A stretch of DNA of 64,000 bases, from positions 1 to 64,000 of IMG/VR virus record IMGVR_UViG_3300032312_001422, one strand, 5' to 3'. Shown here in pieces: positions 10,149 to 20,001 of this stretch. This DNA comes from a virus (Duplodnaviria; Caudoviricetes). Below the pieces are notes generated by a model. It did no database searches. It saw nothing but the letters and a program-made list of their open reading frames with translations, and was not told the origin of the DNA. Each line of letters starts with the position of its first letter. Within the stretch, counting starts at the first letter, position 1. The translations under genes and the position numbers were made by a program.

Positions 10149-10605
10149 GTGGCCGATAAATATGTTTATCATGTCATCAAACATATATCTCTTCCAAGGA
10201 TTCACACTAGTAGACGTCACTGCCACCGGTGTTATCCGTAGCCAGGATCCCGACAACGCAGAACGTAATCAACAACGCAACTGGGAAACACTACTACAAT
10301 GTATTGGCCTGCGTACACAACCACAGAACATACAGGAACCTTCAACTTCAATGTTTGAAGACATTGGCATTGCCGAATTTGGAGACTTTTATACAGGCTC
10401 TCAAAAAATATGGACCTGGTCGTGGACTGTGGAACGCGAAGGAGTTTACGACTTGCCAAATGATCCACTTGGCGGTTTACTAAAAGATCTTGAACAAGTG
10501 CCCATTGTGACTGGATTGAATGAAACTGCCCGTTTTATGTTGCCGATTTTTTATCCCTACGGCACTATTAAAAATATATACATTAAACAAGTCACAATTG
10601 AATAA
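10138..10605 (+). CDS. Hypothetical late protein (true start probably 10162 or 10171)
   Basis: TLVD(V/I)T.TG...RNQQRNWETLLQCIGLR; TAAATA at 10157. Confidence 0.65.
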   Translation: MLFLWPINMFIMSSNIYLFQGFTLVDVTATGVIRSQDPDNAERNQQRNWETLLQCIGLRTQPQNIQEPSTSMFEDIGIAEFGDFYTGSQKIWTWSWTVEREGVYDLPNDPLGGLLKDLEQVPIVTGLNETARFMLPIFYPYGTIKNIYIKQVTIE

Positions 10606-10606
10606 A

Positions 10607-10696
10607 TATACTAGATGCTACGGCACCATTAAGGCTCATTATTAAGGCACATACAGGCTCAAGAAAAAGCGTCGCTACATGAAAGCGAGAAGTATA
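10607..10696 (+). ncRNA. Candidate structured 5' leader with four GGCWC repeats
   Basis: TATACT/AGTATA closing stem, ATGCT/AGCGT and CGCT/AGCG stems, located between TAAATA and ATG 10698. Confidence 0.4.
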
Positions 10697-10697
10697 G

Positions 10698-10958
10698 ATG
10701 TCCACCACTGATATTGAAAAGAAGAGTCTTGAGGCACACGTAGAACTTTGTGCAGAAAGATACTCTAACTTGGAATTTAAACTAGAAAATTTAGATAAGC
10801 GTATGGACAGTTTAGAAGGCCACATTGTGGACATCAAAGACAGTCTGGGACGAGTAGGTGGGGAAGGTAATAAAACTATCATTACCATCGGCGTCAGTGT
10901 GTTTGGTATAGTACTCACAGCCCTACTTGGATTGATCGTACATCTAATACTCAAATGA
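10698..10958 (+). CDS. Coiled-coil protein with C-terminal TM helix
   Basis: Heptad-rich N-terminal half; hydrophobic IITIGVSVFGIVLTALLGLIVHLIL. Confidence 0.7.
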   Translation: MSTTDIEKKSLEAHVELCAERYSNLEFKLENLDKRMDSLEGHIVDIKDSLGRVGGEGNKTIITIGVSVFGIVLTALLGLIVHLILK

Positions 10959-11164
10959 AAATTGTAGAATTACTGAATAATATACAAATCGGTATTACCA
11001 ACGAGCAAGCCGATTTGCTAGGCAGATTCCAGCATGAATCTAAAATAAACAAGAACACGCTGAATGAGCGTGAGCAAGAAATTGCTAATCAATTAACGAC
11101 ACAGGACATCCTGTTGCGCCGTCAAGAAAATGGCCAAATCACATACACGAAAAAAATCCGTTAA
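10955..11164 (+). CDS. Hypothetical protein (possible small winged helix)
   Basis: ATGA overlap with the upstream stop; LNEREQEIANQL. Confidence 0.65.
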   Translation: MKIVELLNNIQIGITNEQADLLGRFQHESKINKNTLNEREQEIANQLTTQDILLRRQENGQITYTKKIR

Positions 11165-11660
11165 ACCCGCAACCCACGAAATTCGCAAGTTAACCAACGC
11201 CGCTACTGACTATATTAAGCAGTGGACTGAGCGTGAACTGGGCAAAATACATGTAGAAGAAAAAACTCCTGTTTGTATACCAGTCAACAACGGGTATCGT
11301 ATAGGCTTGTATCATCTGCATGTAAATCCCAACCGAACCTGCGATGTGCTGGATCACAACAGGGAATTTGTACACAGATTTGAAAGCAAAATTTCAGCAA
11401 TCTTATACACAATTTACACTATCAAGAACAAGTACTATCAAGCAGATGAATTGCTGTTCTGGGATAGAGAAATAAATAAAAATTATACAGACATGTTGGC
11501 CCTGCGTAATACCATAGAAAAAGCAAGGCAACGTAAAGACTATGCAACAGTAGATACCAGGTTACCCAGATTAGAAGTGGCAGAAAACAGGCTAACTCTT
11601 GCCCGGGACAAAATATTAAAAATGCACAAGACGGCTAAATACTACAAGATATGGGAATAA
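11130..11660 (+). CDS. Hypothetical protein
   Basis: Long ORF in operon. Confidence 0.65.
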   Translation: MAKSHTRKKSVKPATHEIRKLTNAATDYIKQWTERELGKIHVEEKTPVCIPVNNGYRIGLYHLHVNPNRTCDVLDHNREFVHRFESKISAILYTIYTIKNKYYQADELLFWDREINKNYTDMLALRNTIEKARQRKDYATVDTRLPRLEVAENRLTLARDKILKMHKTAKYYKIWE

Positions 11661-11666
11661 TACATC

Positions 11667-12365
11667 ATGAGACTTTCTGAAATGCGAACCGAAGTAACAC
11701 CACAAAAGATTAACAAAGTCATGGAAAGCCGTTTTGGTTTTTCAGTTGATTATGATAATTTGACTTATGCTAAAGCACAGCGTTTAGCAAAAGCTCTTGG
11801 TGAAAACATCACACAAATTAAAAAATCTTTTGGTAGTCATACTGCCGAAAAGAATGCCAAATACATGGAACTTATGCTGGTCAAAGAAGGCCTAGACAAG
11901 TGGATGAATTCTGAGCAAGGACTGTTTGAAAGTGAACTAGGTCGTAGCGAAGCTGTTCTAGCCGCCAAAGACATTGTTGACTCAGTACAAGATATGTTGG
12001 AGAAAATCTCTAAGATTCAGAACGAACAAGTACCTGCCCTAATTGACACTATCCGTGATCAAATTGGTAGCGAACAAGCTGAAGCATTTAAAACAGGTGT
12101 CAGCCCAATGTTGGCAGACTTGTATCAAGCACTAAGTACAGCACGTGAAAGTTCAGACACAGCAGTTCGTACACTAAGTGGCGAGCAAGTTGCTGCTCCA
12201 ATGGACATGGGCATGGATCAAGGACTTGCTGGTGGTATGCCTCCCGAAGGTGGCATGGACAGCGATCTAGATGCTGACTTAGGTGCCGCTCCTGAAGCTG
12301 ATGGTTTTGACGCCACAGATGCAGCAGTTGGTGGCGAAGAAGAACTAGGCCGCGAGCGTCGTTAA
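11667..12365 (+). CDS. Acidic coiled-coil protein, possible prohead core/scaffold
   Basis: MRLSEM start, internal LFES, low-complexity acidic tail. Confidence 0.5.
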   Translation: MRLSEMRTEVTPQKINKVMESRFGFSVDYDNLTYAKAQRLAKALGENITQIKKSFGSHTAEKNAKYMELMLVKEGLDKWMNSEQGLFESELGRSEAVLAAKDIVDSVQDMLEKISKIQNEQVPALIDTIRDQIGSEQAEAFKTGVSPMLADLYQALSTARESSDTAVRTLSGEQVAAPMDMGMDQGLAGGMPPEGGMDSDLDADLGAAPEADGFDATDAAVGGEEELGRERR

Positions 12366-12790
12366 TGCGTATTCGGGATATTATCCTTGAGTCTATGGAA
12401 CTAGTAGACGAAGTAATTGAAGATGAAGCAGAGTCACGTGGTGATTCTGCTTTAATCACTGCCTTAGAATGGCTACGCAACGAAGCTGAACAAAGTAACG
12501 CAGTAACTCCACGTGTCAAAGTTGACACAATCATCAATCAAGTAAGAAACATTCCTGGTAACGAAGCATTTAATTTTGCAGCATTAGATGCAGCATATCA
12601 GCACAATGATTCTATCAAAGCCCTAATCAAAGATATCAAAGATGACGACCATAGTGCTGTCAAGTATGTGTACTTGGCTCCACCAGAATCTGAACTTGAT
12701 AATTCTGACCCCCTTGGTGCTGAAGTAGCCGCACCCGGCGATCCGGCCCGAGTAGTTAGCAGTATGGCCAAACGAGCCGCTAAGAAATAA
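12365..12790 (+). CDS. Acidic hypothetical protein (MRIRDIILES start)
   Basis: TAATG overlap; shared N-terminal motif. Confidence 0.65.
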   Translation: MRIRDIILESMELVDEVIEDEAESRGDSALITALEWLRNEAEQSNAVTPRVKVDTIINQVRNIPGNEAFNFAALDAAYQHNDSIKALIKDIKDDDHSAVKYVYLAPPESELDNSDPLGAEVAAPGDPARVVSSMAKRAAKK

Positions 12791-12793
12791 TAT

Positions 12794-12822
12794 TTGACAA
12801 ACCCAATTAAATACGTTATAAT
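12794..12822 (+). promoter_or_regulatory. sigma70-type promoter for iscU-iscA-exonuclease
   Basis: TTGACA-17-TATAAT, perfect consensus. Confidence 0.85.
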
Positions 12823-12840
12823 AGCGTAAGGAGTGTATCT

Positions 12841-13218
12841 ATGGCATATTCAGACAAAGTAATCGATCATTATGAAAATCCACGCAACGTGGGCAAAATG
12901 GACGTAGATGATACCGTAGGCACAGGTATGGTTGGTGCTCCGGCCTGCGGTGATGTAATGAAGCTACAAATAAAGGTCAAAGATGGGATTATTCAGGACG
13001 CTAAGTTCAAAACGTACGGATGTGGATCTGCCATTGCCAGTTCGAGTCTTGTTACGGAATGGGTCAAAGGCAAAACGCTTGATGCCGCAATGGAAATTAA
13101 AAATTCTCAGATTGCAGAAGAACTTGCCCTTCCGCCGGTCAAAATCCACTGTAGCATCTTGGCCGAAGATGCAATCAAAGCGGCTGTAAATGATTACCGT
13201 AACAAGCACAGCAAGTAA
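12841..13218 (+). CDS. iscU: Fe-S cluster scaffold IscU
   Basis: MAYSDKVIDHYENPRNVG, GAPACGDVM, FKTYGCGSAIAS, LPPVKIHCSILAEDA. Confidence 0.97.
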   Translation: MAYSDKVIDHYENPRNVGKMDVDDTVGTGMVGAPACGDVMKLQIKVKDGIIQDAKFKTYGCGSAIASSSLVTEWVKGKTLDAAMEIKNSQIAEELALPPVKIHCSILAEDAIKAAVNDYRNKHSK

Positions 13219-13510
13219 AAAGATACAAGAGAACCTGGCTAAACGTGGCTCGGGAATCGGCATTCGTGTGGGCGTAAGAACCACTGGATGTAGTGGACTT
13301 GCTTATGTGCTAGAATATGTAGATGAAACTTGGCCAGGATCTACCAGCTTTAGACACGATGGATTTAGTGTTGTGGTAGACAATCGAGATTTACCAATTG
13401 TAGACAATTTAGAAATAGACTATGTACGTCAAGGCTTGAACGAAGGCTTTGAATTCAATAACCCTTTAGAAAAGGATCGCTGTGGATGCGGCGAATCATT
13501 TAGAATATAA
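13190..13510 (+). CDS. iscA: A-type Fe-S carrier IscA
   Basis: TTGCSGLAY, GLNEGF.F.NP, CGCGESF. Confidence 0.95.
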   Translation: MITVTSTASKKIQENLAKRGSGIGIRVGVRTTGCSGLAYVLEYVDETWPGSTSFRHDGFSVVVDNRDLPIVDNLEIDYVRQGLNEGFEFNNPLEKDRCGCGESFRI

Positions 13511-14220
13511 TGTTGATAGAAAAATACAATTACACACCATGTGATAGAGAAACAATTGACGGCAAGCGACATTACTGTTTGCCTGACGGTAGCAAGGTGC
13601 CTAGTGTTACAACAATCCTAGACAAGACCAAATCTGCAGAATCCAAAGCCGCACTAGCCAATTGGCGTAAAGCTGTGGGCGAACAACGTGCTCAACAAAT
13701 TACTACAGAAGCTGCCAATCGAGGCACACGTATGCACAGTTACTTGGAACACTACGTTCTAACCGGAGAAATGAAAGACCTGCCAGGCAATCCGTTTGCA
13801 CAACCTTCGTGGTTCATGGCCGCACAGGTTATCCTTGAAGGATTTGCCAAGGTAAACGAAGTATGGGGGGTTGAAGTGCCTGTTTATTATAGTGGGTTAT
13901 ATGCCGGTACCACTGACAGCGTGGGTGTACACAACAATGCACCTGCTATCATGGATTACAAACAAACCAACAAACTTAAAAAACGTGAATACATTGGCGA
14001 CTATTTTGTGCAATTGGCAGCCTATGCACAAGCCCACAATAACATGTACGGAACCAACATCAAAAAAGGTGTAATCCTTATGTGTCAGCAACCAAAAGAG
14101 CTAGAACCTGGCGTGTTTGACACCCCTGTTTATCAAGAATTCATACTTGAAGGCTCAGAATTTGATCATTACTGCACAGAATGGAACAAACGAGTCGAGC
14201 AGTATTATCTCGCAAACTAA
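13510..14220 (+). CDS. PD-(D/E)XK exonuclease
   Basis: PSVTTIL, RGTRMH, AGTTD, IMDYK, QLAAYA. Confidence 0.85.
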   Translation: MLIEKYNYTPCDRETIDGKRHYCLPDGSKVPSVTTILDKTKSAESKAALANWRKAVGEQRAQQITTEAANRGTRMHSYLEHYVLTGEMKDLPGNPFAQPSWFMAAQVILEGFAKVNEVWGVEVPVYYSGLYAGTTDSVGVHNNAPAIMDYKQTNKLKKREYIGDYFVQLAAYAQAHNNMYGTNIKKGVILMCQQPKELEPGVFDTPVYQEFILEGSEFDHYCTEWNKRVEQYYLAN

Positions 14221-14247
14221 ATACATTATATTTCAGGATTAATGTAA

Positions 14248-15378
14248 ATGGCAATTGTTCAAATCAGCAGAATTCAGCATCGCAGAGGCTTACAACAAGA
14301 CCTACCTAATTTGGCCAGTGCCGAGTTGGGTTGGAGCCTTGACGAACGCAGATTATACATCGGTAACGGTACTTTAGAAGAAGGAGCGCCAACCGAAGGT
14401 GTAACAGAAATCTTAACTGAATACACTGACTTCATTGGACTAATTTCCAGTTACACATTCAAAGGTACAGAAGCAGGTTACACCAGTGTCACTGGTGCTT
14501 CAGCATTATCCCCCATAGTTAGAACTTTACAAAATGTTCTAGACGAATCCATAAGTGTTAGAGATTTTGGAGCTGTGGGAGATGGTACTACCAACGACAC
14601 AGCCGCAATTGATCGTGCTATCAGACAAGTTTACATCAGTTCGTTAAGTACCACATACAATTCTATTCGCAGAACAATTCGATTCCCGGCCGGTAACTAC
14701 AGAATTACCAGCAATCTGGTGATACCACCAAACTGTACTTTAGTTGGTGACGGAAAAAATAACAGCATCATTACCAGCAACGTTGGAGTTATACAGACCT
14801 GCGATAGTTTGTTTCAAGTTGCCGGTGACATAGGCGCAGGTGGAGCAACAGCCCCGGGCAATATTACAATTCGTGATTTGGGCTTGGCCACAACATCCAC
14901 TAGCGTGCCAGCTGCATTGTTAGTAAGTGCAACCAACGTGACATTTGACGGTGTAGGTTTTGTTGGTGGCACGTATAATGTAAGTGTCACAGGTTCTTCC
15001 TCAAATATTGAAGTTTCAAGTAGTACTCTTCGAGGTGCTAGTACCGGATCTATCAACATTGCTGATGCAGTTAGTGGAGTAATAACACGCAGCAATTATT
15101 TTGATACTATTCGTGTACCAATGTCCAATGGAACCAATGCCGTTACAACCCTGGCCAATGGTGCTGGCCGAATTGATTATGAAATCACCAGCGGCACAAA
15201 TTACAGAATTGGCACAATTAAGTACAACCGCAGTGGCGGTGTATGTTCGTTTGATGATGAGTACAGTGAGCCAGCTGTCAGCATTGGTGCAAACCTCTGG
15301 GCCAATACTGGTGGCGTAATGACCTGTGCTATTGGATCAACATCTACTTTGAAATACAATATTAAACAATTTATATAA
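14248..15378 (+). CDS. Tail fibre/spike with Mtd-N-like N-terminus and pectate-lyase-like beta-helix
   Basis: RIQHRRG...ELGW..D...LYIGNG; SVRDFGAVGDGTTNDTAAI; FPAGNYRI. Confidence 0.8.
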   Translation: MAIVQISRIQHRRGLQQDLPNLASAELGWSLDERRLYIGNGTLEEGAPTEGVTEILTEYTDFIGLISSYTFKGTEAGYTSVTGASALSPIVRTLQNVLDESISVRDFGAVGDGTTNDTAAIDRAIRQVYISSLSTTYNSIRRTIRFPAGNYRITSNLVIPPNCTLVGDGKNNSIITSNVGVIQTCDSLFQVAGDIGAGGATAPGNITIRDLGLATTSTSVPAALLVSATNVTFDGVGFVGGTYNVSVTGSSSNIEVSSSTLRGASTGSINIADAVSGVITRSNYFDTIRVPMSNGTNAVTTLANGAGRIDYEITSGTNYRIGTIKYNRSGGVCSFDDEYSEPAVSIGANLWANTGGVMTCAIGSTSTLKYNIKQFI

Positions 15379-15381
15379 ACA

Positions 15382-15831
15382 ATGTTTCAACTACAGCCAG
15401 AGGACCGATTGAAGGCCTGGCGTGAATTTCGAACGTCTATCGAGTCGTTACCATTAAAACACGCACTAGACCAAACTGCAGAGTTTTGGTATGGGGCACC
15501 TTTTGTTCCTTACAATCTGGACTTTGCTGAACCAGAAACTTGGCCTGATCCGTGGACATTAATTTTGGAAAATGTCTATTGCGATGTTGCAAAATGTTTA
15601 GGAATAGTCTATACTATAGCATTAACTGGCCATAGAATGCACACTGATATTGAGTTTAGAATTTATAAAGATCCAAGCACAGGGTATGAATATAATTTAG
15701 CTTGGTTTGCTCAGGGAAAATATATCCTTAATATGATTGACGGCGAGGTAGTAAATAACACACAGTTCGACAAAAATTTAAAATTAATTAAACAGTTTAG
15801 TGAAAAAGAATTACAATTAGAATCTTATTAA
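15382..15831 (+). CDS. Hypothetical protein
   Basis: ORF between the fibre gene and nrdA. Confidence 0.7.
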   Translation: MFQLQPEDRLKAWREFRTSIESLPLKHALDQTAEFWYGAPFVPYNLDFAEPETWPDPWTLILENVYCDVAKCLGIVYTIALTGHRMHTDIEFRIYKDPSTGYEYNLAWFAQGKYILNMIDGEVVNNTQFDKNLKLIKQFSEKELQLESY

Positions 15832-15840
15832 GAGGCGTCA

Positions 15841-18135
15841 ATGACATCAATTCAAGTAACAAAAAGAGAAGGACATAAAGAAGTCCTCGATTTAGAAAAG
15901 TTGCATAAAGTAGTATTTTGGGCCACCGAAGGCATTACAGGCGTTAGTGCAAGTGAAGTAGAAATAAAAAGTCACATACAGTTTTACAACGGAATCAAAA
16001 CCAGCGATATACAAGAAACATTAATTAAAAGTGCTGCTGATTTGATCAGTGAGGAAACTCCCAATTATCAATATGTAGCTGGTCGATTGATCAATTACCA
16101 CCTACGTAAACAGATTTACAACAGCTATAAACCATGGCCGTTGTACGAACAAGTTACACGCAATGTGGAAACAGGATTCTACGATCGTGGCCTGTTGGAA
16201 GCCTACACACAAAATGAATGGAACACCTTAGACACTTATATTCACCATGATCGTGATGAAAACTTTACCTATGTTGCTATGGAACAATTCCGTGGCAAAT
16301 ATCTAGTACAAAATCGCGTAACCAAAGAAATTTTTGAAACACCGCAAATGGCTTACATGCTGATTGCAGCCACATTGTTTCAATCATACCCCAAAGAAAC
16401 CCGCTTACGTTGGGTAAAGGATTATTATGATGCAATTAGCCTTGGCGATATTAGCCTTCCTACCCCTGTTATGGCTGGGGTACGTACTCCACAAAAACAA
16501 TTTTCGAGCTGTGTGCTCATTGAAACAGACGACAGTCTTGATAGTATTAATGCTACTACCAGTAGTATTGTTAAATATGTTTCACAAAAAGCAGGCATCG
16601 GTATCGGTGCAGGCCGCATCCGTGCATTGGGAAGTCCTATCCGATCGGGCGATGCATACCACACAGGTGTAGTTCCATTCTACAAACTATTTCAAAGTGC
16701 CACACGCAGTTGTAGCCAAGGTGGTGTGCGTAACGGTGCAGCCACCCTGTACTATCCATTGTGGCATTTGGAAATTGAAGACCTTATTGTGCTGAAGAAC
16801 AACAAAGGCACCGAGGATAATCGTGTACGTCACATGGATTATGGTGTCCAATTCAACAAGTTAATGTACGAAAGACTTATCACAGGTGGCGATATTACCT
16901 GTTTTAGCCCCCACGACGTGCCTGAAATGTACGAAGCTTTCTTTGCAGACCAGGACCGTTTCAAAGAGCTGTATGAACGTGCTGAACGCAATACCAAGTT
17001 GCGTAAAAAAACGTTCAAAGCCGCAGATTTGTTTGCCCGTTTTATGCAGGAACGCAAAGATACCGGTCGTATCTATTTGCAAAATGTGGACCATGCCAAC
17101 ACGCACAGTCCATTTGATGAAAAAGTAGCACCCGTTAAGATGTCAAACCTTTGTTGTGAAATTGATTTACCAACAGTTCCACTTAAGGATGTCAACGACG
17201 AGGATGGTAGGATTGCACTATGCACCCTAAGTGCAATCAATTGGGGCAATGTAAAAAGCCCACATGACTTCCAGAAGCCTTGTGAACTGGCTGTACGCGG
17301 ATTAGATGCACTATTGAGCTATCAGAATTACCCTGTCAAAGCAGCAGAGATAGCTACCAAAGAGTTTCGTCCGCTTGGAGTAGGTATTATTAACTTTGCT
17401 TATTTCTTGGCAAAGAACGATGTAAGTTATTCAGATCCACAAGCACTAACACTAGTAGACGAGTACGCTGAGGCCTGGAGTTACTATCTTTTAAAAGCCT
17501 CAGCTGATCTCGCCGTTGAACAAGGTGCCTGCACACGAACACACGATTTAAAATCTGCCAAAGGTATTCTTCCCATTGACACACGTAAAGCAGAGATTGA
17601 TGAATTGGTACCGCACCAAGAACGTATGCCTTGGACAAAACTACGTGAACAAATCAAAGCCACTGGTCAGCGTAATGCTACCCTAATGGCTCTAATGCCA
17701 GCAGAGACAAGTGCTCAAATCAGCAACGCTACAAATGGTATTGAGCCCCCACGCAGTTATGTCAGTATCAAGCAGAGTAAAGATGGTGTACTCAAACAAG
17801 TTGTTCCCGAGTATCGTCGCTTAAAAAATAAATATGAATTGCTATGGGACCAAAAGAGCCCAGAAGGATATTTGAAACTTTGTGCTGTACTGCAAAAGTA
17901 CATTGATCAGGGTATCAGTGTCAATACCAGTTACAATCCTCGCTTTTACGCAGATGAAAAGATTCCAATGAGTGAAATGCTACAACACCTAATCATGTGC
18001 TACAAGTATGGCACCAAACAGTTGTATTATTTTAATACCAATGATGGACAAGGCGAGATTGATGTAGACAAATTAAATTCACCGCTGGCTGACTCGGCCG
18101 ACGATGAAGTAGAATGTGATAGTTGCGTAATCTAA
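15841..18135 (+). CDS. nrdA: Ribonucleotide reductase class Ia alpha subunit
   Basis: ATP cone (VTKREG), QFSSCVLI, SNLCCEI, PAETSAQISN, C-terminal CDSC; no intein. Confidence 0.98.
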   Translation: MTSIQVTKREGHKEVLDLEKLHKVVFWATEGITGVSASEVEIKSHIQFYNGIKTSDIQETLIKSAADLISEETPNYQYVAGRLINYHLRKQIYNSYKPWPLYEQVTRNVETGFYDRGLLEAYTQNEWNTLDTYIHHDRDENFTYVAMEQFRGKYLVQNRVTKEIFETPQMAYMLIAATLFQSYPKETRLRWVKDYYDAISLGDISLPTPVMAGVRTPQKQFSSCVLIETDDSLDSINATTSSIVKYVSQKAGIGIGAGRIRALGSPIRSGDAYHTGVVPFYKLFQSATRSCSQGGVRNGAATLYYPLWHLEIEDLIVLKNNKGTEDNRVRHMDYGVQFNKLMYERLITGGDITCFSPHDVPEMYEAFFADQDRFKELYERAERNTKLRKKTFKAADLFARFMQERKDTGRIYLQNVDHANTHSPFDEKVAPVKMSNLCCEIDLPTVPLKDVNDEDGRIALCTLSAINWGNVKSPHDFQKPCELAVRGLDALLSYQNYPVKAAEIATKEFRPLGVGIINFAYFLAKNDVSYSDPQALTLVDEYAEAWSYYLLKASADLAVEQGACTRTHDLKSAKGILPIDTRKAEIDELVPHQERMPWTKLREQIKATGQRNATLMALMPAETSAQISNATNGIEPPRSYVSIKQSKDGVLKQVVPEYRRLKNKYELLWDQKSPEGYLKLCAVLQKYIDQGISVNTSYNPRFYADEKIPMSEMLQHLIMCYKYGTKQLYYFNTNDGQGEIDVDKLNSPLADSADDEVECDSCVI

Positions 18136-18147
18136 GGAAAAAACACA

Positions 18148-19275
18148 ATGAGCGTATTTAATATTAAAAAAACAGATCATACCAAATCATTGGCTTTTCT
18201 TGATACCAATGGTACACCAGCTGTACAGCGTTATGATGTGCTGAAGTATCGACAGTTTGACAAACTCACAGATAAACAGTTGGGATTCTTTTGGCGCCCA
18301 GAAGAGATTGATGTCATGCACGATGCAAAGGACTTTAAAGATCTAACAGACTTTGAACAACATATCTTTACAAGTAATTTAAAACGTCAAATTTTGTTAG
18401 ACTCTGTACAAGGACGCTCTCCTAATCTAGCTTTCCTTCCTCTCGCCACCATCCCTGAACTAGAAACCTGGATTGAGACTTGGGCATTTAACGAAACTAT
18501 TCATTCACGTAGCTACACGCACATCATTCGTAACATATATAGTGATCCCAGCGTGATCTTTGATGAGCTAATGGAGTTGGATGAAATTGTTTCCTGCGCC
18601 AAAGATATCAGCAAATATTACGATGATTTAATTGAAGCCAGCGGTTGGTACCGTATGCTGGGGCTAGGAACTCATACCGTTAATGGTAAAACAATTGAAG
18701 TTGACATGTATCAACTTAAAAAGAAACTATGGCTGTGCCTCAACAGCGTAAACGCCCTAGAAGGTATTCGCTTCTATGTCTCGTTTGCCTGCTCATGGGC
18801 ATTTGCTGAACTAAAGAAGATGGAAGGCAATGCCAAGATTATCAAACTTATTGCTCGCGATGAAAATATTCATTTAGGTAGTACACAAACACTTCTTAAA
18901 TTATTGCCTACAGATGATCCTGACTATGCTTTACTCAAAGTGGAAACCAAAGCCGAGTGTGAGAAAATGTTCTTGGCAGCTGCGGCGCAAGAAAAAGCCT
19001 GGGCCAAGTACTTGTTCAAAGACGGAAGTATGATTGGACTCAATGAAGTGTTATTGGCACAGTACATTGATTGGTTGACCTGCAAGCGTATGACCGCAGT
19101 GAGTCTGGATTGTGGTATGAAGCCAGGTGCAAGTAATCCCCTGCCGTGGACTATGAAATGGATTGCCGGATCAGATGTACAGGTTGCTCCACAAGAAACA
19201 GAAATTACCACTTATGTGATTGGTGGCACAAAACAAGACGTAGACCAAAATACCTTTAAAGGATTTAGCCTGTGA
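18148..19275 (+). CDS. nrdB: Ribonucleotide reductase class Ia beta subunit
   Basis: FFWRPEE, ETIHSRSY, LEGIRFYVSF, RDENIH, VAPQETE. Confidence 0.98.
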   Translation: MSVFNIKKTDHTKSLAFLDTNGTPAVQRYDVLKYRQFDKLTDKQLGFFWRPEEIDVMHDAKDFKDLTDFEQHIFTSNLKRQILLDSVQGRSPNLAFLPLATIPELETWIETWAFNETIHSRSYTHIIRNIYSDPSVIFDELMELDEIVSCAKDISKYYDDLIEASGWYRMLGLGTHTVNGKTIEVDMYQLKKKLWLCLNSVNALEGIRFYVSFACSWAFAELKKMEGNAKIIKLIARDENIHLGSTQTLLKLLPTDDPDYALLKVETKAECEKMFLAAAAQEKAWAKYLFKDGSMIGLNEVLLAQYIDWLTCKRMTAVSLDCGMKPGASNPLPWTMKWIAGSDVQVAPQETEITTYVIGGTKQDVDQNTFKGFSL

Positions 19276-19985
19276 AGGTTTTGGTTAGTGGATGTAGTTT
19301 TGCTGAAGATTTAACTCCCCTGATTAAAAAACACATACCGGGTGCCATAATCACCAACCTGGCCCAGTATGCAGTTGGCAACAAGTACATTGCCGACTCT
19401 GTTGTTGTGGCCACTGGTCGAGAAAAATTTGATGTTGTTTATGTGTCCTGGACTGGCCTGTCAAGATATGACGTATGCATAAGTGCCGACAATAAAGAGT
19501 TATTTAAAACCTGGTCTGCACAAAAATTCCTGTTTGACAAATACTATATTTGCACTGGCGGAGCAGGTGGGTGGGATCATCATGACCATAGCTTTGCCAA
19601 CATGTTGTTTAAGAACTACCACACCTTTGTGGATCATGAACAGTTGTACTACAACAGCATACTGGAAATTATAAAAACACAGGGCTATTTGAAAAGTCTT
19701 GGCATAACCTCATATCACACCTGTATGCTAAATCAGTTTGTTGCAGATCCCACAACAATGGCTCAACACACCTGCGAATATGGCACACAACGCTTTCCCA
19801 GTTTAGAAAAATTAGTTGATCAAATTGATTTCGGCAACTGGATATTGGAAGATCGGTTGGGCATGTTTGAGACCTGTTCTCGACTGAATCTAATCAGTGA
19901 TGACGGATTTCACCCCAATGGCGAAGGCTACAATTATTGGATTGATAAATTTATTGCCCAGCTAAAAAACGATAAAATACTATAA
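19272..19985 (+). CDS. SGNH/GDSL hydrolase-like protein
   Basis: SGCSF block I, GN block, DGFHP (DxxH). Confidence 0.7.
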   Translation: MKVLVSGCSFAEDLTPLIKKHIPGAIITNLAQYAVGNKYIADSVVVATGREKFDVVYVSWTGLSRYDVCISADNKELFKTWSAQKFLFDKYYICTGGAGGWDHHDHSFANMLFKNYHTFVDHEQLYYNSILEIIKTQGYLKSLGITSYHTCMLNQFVADPTTMAQHTCEYGTQRFPSLEKLVDQIDFGNWILEDRLGMFETCSRLNLISDDGFHPNGEGYNYWIDKFIAQLKNDKIL

Positions 19986-20001
19986 CAACAGGACAATAAA
20001 A

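Noticed and set aside
10621-10660. GGCWC repeats as a mini-CRISPR
   Set aside because: Repeats are 5 nt with 5-8 nt spacers, and there are no cas genes; kept only as a leader candidate.
13510-14220. Cas4 assignment for the exonuclease
   Set aside because: Lacks the four-Cys Fe-S ligands of Cas4 despite being next to iscU/iscA; a generic phage PD-(D/E)XK exonuclease fits better.
3893-19275. Inteins or introns in helicase, nrdA or nrdB
   Set aside because: Lengths (472, 764 and 375 aa) and continuous motifs leave no room for insertions.
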